From Octopus sinensis (Eukaryota): a stretch of DNA of 8,144 nucleotides. Position numbers and translations under genes: made by a program. Positions 1 through 7,201 of the stretch are shown piece by piece (the stretch's first letter is position 1; every line of letters begins with the position of its first letter). Under the pieces are notes generated by a model that was given only the letters and a program-made list of their open reading frames with translations, did no database searches and had not been told where the DNA came from. Where the stretch lies: NCBI RefSeq assembly GCF_006345805.1, contig NW_021828528.1, positions 1-8,144 on the forward strand. The letters are read 5' to 3'.

Positions 1-13
1 ATATATATATAAA

Positions 14-254
14 TGTTGTGTCTGGGGAGAGTCATTCACTTTTAGTGCTTTATTATAAACACACTCACCGGTAAAATTTCCACTTATTTCTTATTTTTAT
101 TTTCCAAAATCTTCGTTGCGTCAAGACTATTGAAAAGGTTGCAAGACGCAAGGAAAATTTTAGAAAATAATAATAAGAAATAAGTGGAAATTTTACCGGT
201 GAGTGTGTTAAATAATAAGGTACAAAAAGTGAATGACTCTCCTCAGACACAACA
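14..254. repeat. Long imperfect inverted repeat (foldback/MITE-like palindrome): arms 14-122 and 145-254, 22-nt loop
   Basis: Left arm TGTTGTGTCTG...TTGCGTC is the reverse complement of right arm GACGCAA...CAGACACAACA. Manual alignment gives 9 mismatches and 1 indel over ~110 bp, with a 38 bp perfect core AACACACTCACCGGTAAAATTTCCACTTATTTCTTATT. No clear TSD. Confidence 0.95.
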
Positions 255-312
255 GAATATGCTTCAACACACGAACTCACATAAAGAATCTTGCAAACCA
301 AATCCCAAATCG

Positions 313-503
313 AAATATATATATACACACACATATATATACATACTACATATGGGTGTGTGCATATATATATATAAATAAATAATACATATATATATAT
401 ATATATGTATACATATACATAATACGTGTGTGTGTGTGTGTTTATATATATATATATAAATAAATAATACACACACACACATATATATATATACATATAT
501 ATA
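313..503. repeat. Compound (TA)n/(CA)n/(TG)n microsatellite
   Basis: Dinucleotide runs read directly from the sequence. Confidence 0.95.
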
Positions 504-826
504 AATTTTGGCATTGAAAGCTACACCAATGCCAGAACGGGACGACACTGCATAGTGCCAAAGATCCCAGCAATGCTATCGCACTTTGGGACCAGTTATT
601 GCAACAGTCTGGGTTTCAGGGGCCCACAGCTTTTTAATATTCTCCTAAAGAACCTGAAGAATTTGCACAAAGTAAATGTAGGAGATTTTAAATCAAAGCT
701 GGACCTCTTCCTGTCGAGAGTCTCAGATGAACCTCCCTCACGCCAAGAGGTGTAAATAAGGGTGGCTACATCAAACTCCATTCTTTACCAAGTGCCACAT
801 ATTGGAGGAGGCACTCAGTAATAACA
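504..826 (+). mobile_element. CR1-group LINE, ORF2 C-terminus and start of 3' UTR (fragment)
   Basis: 504-755 reads NFGIESYTNARTGRHCIVPKIP...NSLGFRGPQLFNILLKNLKNL...FKSKLDLFLSRVSDEP*. This parallels the C-terminus of the LINE at 5486-7201 (TSIGPALFNI...FKKSLDRFLQEIPD). The right boundary is approximate. Confidence 0.8.
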
Positions 827-837
827 GTGTGTTTTGA

Positions 838-1002
838 TATTTACATATATATATATATCAATATATATATATCAACATCATCATCGTTTAACGTCTGTTT
901 TCCGTGCTAGCACGGGTTATATATATATAGTATATACATACATACATATATATATTGAATATATACCAAATAATTGTCGTCACATATTACATTTACAGAT
1001 AC

Positions 1003-1050
<48 letters not shown>

Positions 1051-1084
1051 AAAAAACATACATTAATGTATACTACATACATAT
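838..1084. repeat. (TA)n/(CA)n microsatellite tract containing a short RTE 3' end
   Basis: Dinucleotide runs read directly from the sequence. Confidence 0.9.
876..918 (-). mobile_element. 43 bp extreme 3' end of RTE-A family with (GAT)n tail
   Basis: CATCATCATCGTTTAACGTCTGTTTTCCGTGCTAGCACGGGTT is near-identical to 8100-8142 and homologous to the RTE-A terminus at 2598-2645. Confidence 0.85.
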
Positions 1085-1343
1085 GTGACGGTGGCACGTA
1101 AAATGCATCATTCAAGCATGCTGGATGCCAGCACTGCCTCAGTGGCCCTGATGCCTGTGGCACATAAAAAGCACTGACTACACTCTCGGAGTGGCTGGCA
1201 TTAGGAATTGTATCCAACTGCAGAAACTTTGCCAGATGAGATTGGGGCCTGGTGCAGCCTTCTGGTTTGCCAGCCCTCAGTCAAACCGTCCAATTCAAGC
1301 CAGCATGGAAGCAGACGTTAAAGACGATGACGATGATGATGAT
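1085..1343 (+). mobile_element. RTE-A 3' UTR fragment (two array units, terminus and (GAT)n tail)
   Basis: Contains GGTGGCACGTAAAATGCA and GTGGCACATAAAAAGCAC units, then GGAGTGGCTGGCATTAGG...GGGCCTGGTGCAGCC...AACCGTCCAA...CAGCATGGAA...GATGATGAT. Matches the reverse complement of 2598-2850. Confidence 0.88.
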
Positions 1344-1370
1344 ACATATATGTCTCTATGTATGTATGTA

Positions 1371-1495
1371 TTTGTAGCCCTCTTAGACATGCCAGTGGCC
1401 CCTCAGACAGCCACAGTTACCAGCTATGCTGACGATACAAAATTATCAGAGGCAATAAAAAAATCAAAGATGACATCGCAAGATTACAGCTGGGG
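1371..1495 (+). mobile_element. Reverse transcriptase fragment of a CR1-group LINE (catalytic YADD region)
   Basis: FVALLDMPVAPQTATVTSYADDTKLSEAIK (YADD at 1425-1436). After a frameshift in the A run at 1457-1463 it reads IKDDIARLQ, the usual D...LQ segment after the catalytic motif. Confidence 0.8.
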
Positions 1496-1523
1496 CAAAC
1501 GACCGAGAAGAGCAGCATACCAT

Positions 1524-1580
1524 GGTGGTGCTCCAGCATGACCACAGCCACATGTGTAAAGAAACATGTAAATGAATAAT
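1524..1580 (+). mobile_element. LINE/SINE 3' tail motif (GGTGGTGCTCCAGCATG...GAAAC...)
   Basis: Matches the SINE-A tails at 7712-7770 and 7311-7366, and the reverse-strand copies at ~2340-2378 and ~4985-5013. Confidence 0.75.
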
Positions 1581-1624
1581 ATATCTGTGCGTGTGTGTAT
1601 TATGAAACTGTATCAAAACTTTCC

Positions 1625-1639
1625 TGAGTCATTGACTCA
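1625..1639. promoter_or_regulatory. Paired AP-1-type consensus sites TGAGTCA-T-TGACTCA (putative)
   Basis: Two perfect TGA(C/G)TCA heptamers form a 15 bp palindrome with a 1-nt spacer. Motif match only; function unknown. Confidence 0.3.
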
Positions 1640-1649
1640 CAAAGCACAA

Positions 1650-1872
1650 ATTATCGACTCATAAGGCCGGTTTCCCTTATTCTGTCATGTATATATTTCC
1701 CCCAATGATGAGGAAGGTGGGACACCGTTGGATTCCTTGTTTTTACTGGCCGAATAAATTGGGGGAAGTGGAATGAAGAGTGTTGCTCAAGAAAACAATC
1801 TATCACCCAATCCAGGAATTGAAACCTTAATCTTAGTATCATGAGTGCAACACACTAAAAATGTGCATCCAC
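1650..1872 (-). mobile_element. Diverged tRNA-type SINE (family C)
   Basis: Minus strand has a B-box-like GGTTTCAATTCC (1815-1826), followed by TTTTCTTGAGCAACAC, which resembles the post-tRNA segment of many SINEs. The A box is degraded and the 3' boundary is approximate. Confidence 0.55.
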
Positions 1873-2540
1873 ACACTCACACATATACACATACACAAAC
1901 ACACATGTACAGGGGTATAAATATACACAAGTATATACCCTTATATATACATATCTAATTAACCATATATATATATACGCATAAATACATACACACACAC
2001 ATAGTTACAGTAAATATATATATGCATATACATACATATATACACACACACACACATGCATGCACACACGCACACACACAAACACACACATATATATATA
2101 TACATGCACAGTAATACTTTTCAAATTAAAATTTTCCCACACTATTTGTTGAAAATCCAACAAAAGCTTTCTAAGAAAGTGTTTTATGAGAATGCTTACC
2201 CAAGTGTAATTAACAACAATTAATAATTTTACTTTGCATTCATCAAACCTATTTGAGTTTTGGGATTTCCAAACATATTCATTCATACACTCATTTATAT
2301 ACACCCGCCTACAAACATTTTTGTGTATATGTATCATTCTTTACTTTTTTAAGACTGTGGCCATGCTGGGACACCACCCAACTTATCAAACTAAGGACTT
2401 AATATTAGAAAGCTTGGGACTTATTCTAAGGGTTTCTTTTAACAAACCATTAATTTATGGGGACATAAACACACACTCACCAGATGACAACTGTTGGGAT
2501 TGGGGAACAGACAGAGACACAGATATACACACACAGAGAG
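1823..2540. repeat. Local duplication, copy 1
   Basis: Colinear with 4446-~5125 from AACCTTAAT(C/T)TTAGTATCATGAGTGCAACAC through the microsatellites, an AT-rich core and a SINE-A 3' half. Confidence 0.92.
2335..2540 (-). mobile_element. SINE family A, 3' half
   Basis: The reverse complement aligns with 7590-7770 of the intact SINE-A (GACTGTGGCCATGCTGG, GACTTATT, TCTTTT..CAAACC, TAAACACAC). Confidence 0.8.
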
Positions 2541-2597
2541 GTGCATGCACACACAGATGCCTGCATATGCACACACATATCAATATATATATATATC

Positions 2598-3376
2598 CTC
2601 ATCATCATCATCATGTACCATCCACTTTCCATGCTGGCATGGGTTGGACGGTTCAACTGGGGTCTGGGAAGCCAGAGGGCTGCACCAGGCCCAGTCTGAT
2701 CTAGCAATGTTTCTATGCCTGGATGCCCTTCCTAACGCCAACCACTCTGTGAGAGTAGTGGTTGCTTTTTATGTGCCACCGGCACAGGTGACAGATGGGG
2801 CTGGCAAACGGCCACGGTCAGATGGTGCTTTTTACGTGCCACCGGCACGGGGGCCAAGCGAGGCTGGCAACGGCCACGATTGCATGGTGCTTTTTACACA
2901 GGCCCGTTGGGGTGGCGCTGGCAACGGCCACATTCAGATGGATCGCTTACATGCCACCAGCACTGGTATCACAGCTACAATTTCCATTGATGTTGATTGA
3001 TTTCGATTTTGATTCTGATTCTCACTTACCTCAACAGGTCTTCACATGTAGAGTTCTGTGTCCCAAGAAGGAAAGGTATGCATAAGTGGACTGGCTACAT
3101 CCCAGGTAGAGGCCATGGGTTATGGTCTCACTTATCCTGCCGGGTCTTCTCACGCACAGCATACTTCCATAGGTCTCGGTCTCTAGTCATTTCCTTGGTA
3201 AGACCTAAAGTTCAAAGGTCGTGCTTCACCACCTCGTCCCAGGTTTTCCTGGGTCTACCTCTTCCACAGGTTCCCTTAACCACTAGGGTGTGGCACTTTT
3301 TCACACAACTATCTTCATCCATTCTCGTCACATGACCATACCAGCGCAAACGTCTCTCTTGCACACCAAAACTGAT
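2598..3376 (-). mobile_element. RTE-clade LINE family A: ORF C-terminus, ~530 bp 3' UTR and (GAT)n tail
   Basis: Minus strand reads VQERRLRWYGHVTRMDEDSCVKKCHTLVVKGTCGRGRPRKTWDEVVKHDL*TLGLTKEMTRDRDLWKYAVREKTRQDK* (internal stop 3212-3214, terminal stop 3128-3130). WYGHV.RM, GRGRP..TW and DR..W are RTE-clade C-terminal hallmarks. Confidence 0.9.
2759..2966 (-). repeat. Tandem array of 54-64 bp units in the RTE-A 3' UTR
   Basis: Units start at 2759, 2823, 2885 and 2939 (partial). Constant blocks TGGTGCTTTTTACGTGCCACCGGCAC and GCTGGCAACGGCCAC are separated by variable segments. Confidence 0.9.
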
Positions 3377-3865
3377 CATCATCATCATTGTTCGACCGTG
3401 GTCGAGACAATGGAATTTACCATGCTACGCCAGACTTCACGGTCCACCATGGCATTACGGAGATCATGTTGCTGGATGCCTGTATCCCTGGAGATTACAT
3501 CAGGGTAGGAGAGTGTGCGCCCTCTGGTATTGCGAGTAGATGGCTTCCAGAGGAGAAGAGTAGAAATTACTTCTTTTTCAGCTCTACGACAATGTCCAGC
3601 AAACTGGACTCTCCTACCTTTCACAAGAGATGACACAGGTGGTAGTTTCCCATATATTTGCATTTTGGTTGGATGGCGATTCCACGAGAGATTTTGAGCT
3701 CTCATAAGGAGGCAAGTGTAGGTTCCATCCAACCGCCTCTCAAGCTTCTTTGATGACGTCCAGGTTTCTGAGCCATATAGTAGAATTGGTTCGACTGTGG
3801 CTTTGAAGATTTCAAGTTTGAAGTCTCTACTTAGATTTGATGACCAGATCTTATGCATGTCATTA
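3377..3865 (-). mobile_element. RTE-clade LINE family B, 5'-truncated, nested in RTE-A
   Basis: Uninterrupted ORF (track 3385..3870) with LLYGSETWT, FAGHCRR, RGRTLSY and DREVWR motifs, ending in a (TGA)n tail. Flanked by CAAAACTGAT (3367-3376) and CACAACTGAT (3866-3875), a 10 bp TSD with one mismatch. Confidence 0.92.
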
Positions 3866-4008
3866 CACAACTGATGCTTCTTAGGTCAAACTTTTCTCTC
3901 AAGGTACTTACACTTTGTCAAGTATGAACACTGACATTACACATCCATTGGAGCATACTGGCTTCATTTCTTGTGAGCTTACGCATATACTCAGCAGTCA
4001 CGGCCCAT
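3866..4008 (-). mobile_element. RTE-A upstream portion (5' truncation at ~4008)
   Basis: Minus strand reads AVTAEYMRKLTRNEASMLQWMCNVSVHT*QSVSTLREKFDLRSISC. It joins in frame to GVQERRLRWYGH once RTE-B and one TSD copy are removed. Confidence 0.88.
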
Positions 4009-4017
4009 ATATATATA

Positions 4018-4245
4018 TTTCTTTACTACCCACAGGGGGCTAAACATAGAGGGGACAAACAAGGACAGACAAAGGGATTAAGTCGATTACATCCACCCAG
4101 TGCGAAACTGGTACTTTATTCATCGACCCCGAGAGGATGAAAGGCAAAGTCGACCTCAGCGGAATTTGAACTCAGAACGTAATGACAGACGAAATACGGC
4201 TAATCATTTCGCCTGGCGTGCCAACGTTTCTGCCAGCGCGCCACC
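4018..4245 (-). mobile_element. tRNA-type SINE (family B) with a Deu/Nin-like central domain
   Basis: Minus strand has A-box-like TGGCAGAAACGTTGG, B box GAGTTCAAATTCC (4161-4173) and central GTCGACTTTGCCTTTCATCCTCTCGGGGTCGATGAATAAAGTACCAG. Flanked by (TA)n on both sides. The superfamily assignment is from memory of the motif. Confidence 0.8.
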
Positions 4246-4294
4246 TATATATATACATATATATATATGTGTGTACACATATGTACACATATAT

Positions 4295-4445
4295 AAGGTG
4301 GGCTTCTTTCTGTTTTCATTTACCAAATCCAAACAAGGGTTTAATCGCCCTGTGGCTGTAGTGGAAGACCCTTGCTGAAGGTGCAACACAATGGGACTGA
4401 ACCCAGAACCATGTGGTTGTGAAGCACATTTCTTACCACACACAC
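4295..4445 (-). mobile_element. SINE family A, 5' half (tRNA head)
   Basis: The reverse complement aligns with 7388-7540 (TGTGTGGTAAG...AACCACATGGTT..GGGTTCAGTCCC...GGATTTGGTA...AAAGAAGC). B box GGTTCAGTCCC at 4393-4403. Confidence 0.88.
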
Positions 4446-4651
4446 AACCTTAATTTTAGTATCATGAGTGCAACACACTAAAAATGTGCATCCACACACT
4501 CGCACAGACACACATACACAAACGCACATGTACAGGGTATAAATATACACTAGTATCCACTTATATATACATATATAATTAAACTATTATATATATATAC
4601 ACATAAATACATACACACACACACACAGTTACAGTAAATATATATATGCAT

Positions 4652-4698
<47 letters not shown>

Positions 4699-5125
4699 TG
4701 CATGCACACACGCACACACACAAACACACATATATATATATATACATGCACAGTAATACTTTTCAAGTTAAACTTTTCCCACGCTATTTTGTTGAGAATC
4801 CAACAAAAGCTTTCTAAGAAAGTGTTTTATGAGAATGCTTATCCAAGTGTAATTAACAACAATTAATAATTTTTTACTTTGCATTCATCATACCTATTTG
4901 AGTTTTGGGATTTCTAAACATATACATTATACACCCATTATACACACCGCCTACAAACATTTTTGTTGTATGTATATGTTCATTCTACTTTTTTAAGACT
5001 GTGGCCATGCTGGACTTATTTGAAGGGTCTCTTTTGCCAAACCGTATCTTATGGGTACATAAACACACACTCACCGGTTGCCAAGCAATAAAAGGGGGGA
5101 ACAAACACAGAAACAGAGACAATAA
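4446..5125. repeat. Local duplication, copy 2 (includes SINE-C head fragment and SINE-A 3' half at ~4980-5125, minus strand)
   Basis: Colinear with 1823-~2540 but lacks the ~45 bp segment at 2370-2415. Confidence 0.92.
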
Positions 5126-5139
5126 TAAAACATATAGGC

Positions 5140-5164
5140 ACACACACACACACATTTATATGTG

Positions 5165-5199
<35 letters not shown>

Positions 5200-5296
5200 A
5201 TGCAAATAAATTACAAGCATGTGCAGATATATACCTAATACATATATGTATATATATATGTATATATATAATATGTATATATATATATAGATATAA

Positions 5297-5341
<45 letters not shown>

Positions 5342-5405
5342 TACATACATATATATATATATGTATGTATATATATATATATGTATATATACATACATAC
5401 ATATA
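5140..5405. repeat. Long (TA)n-rich microsatellite
   Basis: Dinucleotide runs read directly from the sequence. Confidence 0.95.
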
Positions 5406-5470
5406 TAATTAAACATATATATATACACATAAATACATACACACACACAGTTACATTAAATATATATATA
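5395..5470. repeat. Partial third copy of the duplicated unit
   Basis: TAATTAAACATATATATATACACATAAATACATACACACACACAGTTACA matches ~4576-4635 and ~1956-2010. Confidence 0.7.
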
Positions 5471-5485
5471 TTTATGTATGTTATA

Positions 5486-7201
5486 TACTTTGATACTTTG
5501 ATAGGTTTCGGCCATTATTGGCCCAGGCCATGTCTAACTTAATAGCACCACCTGGTGAAGTCTTTCAAGTCAGAATTTGGGCATATGGCCCACTCAAGTA
5601 GAGAGTTATTGTTACAGAGACATATCCGAGTGTAGGGGGTTATCCGGGATTTCTTGAAGGAATCTGTCCAAAGACTTCTTGAACCCTATAGGGTCAGTTT
5701 CTGTTTTAATGGTTTTGGTGTAATGTTAAAGAGAGCGGGGCCAATTGAGGTGAAATAATTGTGCCGTATTGTTGTTATGAGATGAGAGTGCGATTTTTGT
5801 TTTGGGCGGATGGCACGGGGCCCAAGCCTTGGATGTACCTAAAGGTGATGCCAACATCATTGGGCAATGCTGATGGAATATTTTCCACATCATGCAGATG
5901 ATGTAGCGCTCACGACGACGTTGGAGAGAATAAAGTTTCAGCTTTTCTAGTCAACCCCAATAGTCGAGGCCTGTCATGCCATCTATCTTTTTTGTGATTG
6001 CCCTTTGAGGTGCTTCAACTTTTATGATACCTTGTATTGTGTGGGGAGACCACAGTGGACAACAGTATTCAAGGTGGGGTCGGGCAAAAGTGGAGAAGAG
6101 AAGGATAATGGTGTGGATATCTCTCGACTGGAAAGTTCTGAGAATCCAGGAACACATTCTGCGGGCCATGTCAACTTTGGTGTTTATATGAGTGGCCCAG
6201 CTTATGTTGTTGTCCACAATTACTCCCAAGTCTCTGATGTTGTTGGACGCCGCGAGAGTTTCACCTGAAGGAAGGGAGTATGGGAGTTTCAGGGCATCCT
6301 CTTTTCCAAGTGGATTAACTCAAATTTATCCTCGTTCAGCAGCATATTGTTTTTTCTGCCCATTGGATAACAGCCAGTAGATCTGACTGAAGGCATGTCC
6401 GGTCACTCGCCTCATTTATGACCTTCTGTAGCTTGGAATCATCTGCAAAGATTTTTATGTTGCTGTGCTTGATGATGTCATTAATGTCATTAATGTAAAT
6501 GATGAAAAGAAGTGGGCCCAGCACAGTGCCTTGCGGAACGCCACTACTGACTTTGGCTGGGCTTGATTTTACCCCTTCAACTACAACATGTTGAGATCTG
6601 TCTGTCAGGAAACACTTGATCCATTTCATTAACTTTCCAGAGACACCAATGTTGGATAGTTTTTTCAATAGGATATGTGATCGACCCTGTCGAAGGCCTT
6701 ACTGAAATCAAGGTAGATGACATCGGTGTTGGAGCCCTCTCCCAAAGCTCTCAAAATGTCATCAAAGTGATGCAGGAGCTGCGTTAGGCAGACCCTTCCA
6801 TTACGGAACCCATGTTGGTTGGAGATCAGCCGTCTGTTGCTTTCCAGAAATTGGGTTATTCGAGATCTCACCACCCTCTCAAATACCTTGATGATATGAG
6901 AGGTGAATGAGATCGGACGGTAGTTCACTGCAAGGGACTTGTTTCCCTTTTTGAAAACTGGGACAACAGATTGGGACAGAAGGTTTTTTGGAATATAGCC
7001 AGCATCCAGTGAGTTTCTCCACAGATTAGCAAGGGGAGATGCAAGTTGGTGTCGACACACCTTCAGGACACAAGCAGGGAACCTATCGGGGCCTACTGCT
7101 GAATTGTGTTTTATTTCGTTTATCGCCGCTAAGACATCAGGGGCACTAAACGTTATGTCCGATATAGTGTGTTGGGGGTTGACATCACTGATACAGCCCT
7201 G
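5486..7201 (-). mobile_element. CR1-group LINE, 5'-truncated, frameshifted ORF2 covering the RT domain and C-terminus, with (TATCAAAG)n tail
   Basis: Motifs in order: SAVGPD, VVPVFKKG, NYRPIS, QHGFR, YLDFSKAFDRVDH, GVPQGTVLGPLLFIIYIND, FADDSKL, IRDLGVIVD, RPHLEYCCPLWSP, LYSLQRRRERY, FKKSLDRFL. Stop at 5539-5541; tail repeats at 5488-5503; in-frame TGA at 5951-5953. Confidence 0.95.

Noticed and set aside
55-72. ATAAACACACTCACCGGT similar to 5059-5078 and 2465-2481
   Set aside because: Short and half low-complexity (AC repeats), with no flanking homology.
138-299. Pairing of the palindrome loop GGTTGCAAGA with TCTTGCAAACC at 289-299 (pseudoknot)
   Set aside because: Only an 8 bp exact match, partly overlapping the stem. 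Not distinguishable from chance without family-level covariation.
2150-2223. KKVFYENAYP resembling the Penelope-like L..NGYP motif
   Set aside because: Too short, the Gly is absent, and there are no flanking RT or GIY-YIG motifs. A profile search would be needed.
2190-2255. Small minus-strand exon ending at donor G|GTAAGC (~2194-2200)
   Set aside because: There is no polypyrimidine acceptor, the donor is GATAAGC in copy 2, and there is no transcript evidence.
2759-2966. CRISPR array
   Set aside because: It has a repeat-spacer look, but there are two constant blocks per unit, short linkers and no cas genes. It sits inside a eukaryotic LINE 3' UTR.
2234-3697. Plus-strand ORFs 2234..2704, 2494..3000, 2795..3085, 2997..3335, 3388..3633 and 3515..3697 as genes
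   Set aside because: They are antisense shadows of RTE and SINE sequence.
5683-5694. 12 bp palindrome ACCCTATAGGGT
   Set aside because: It lies within LINE coding sequence; short palindromes of this size are unremarkable.
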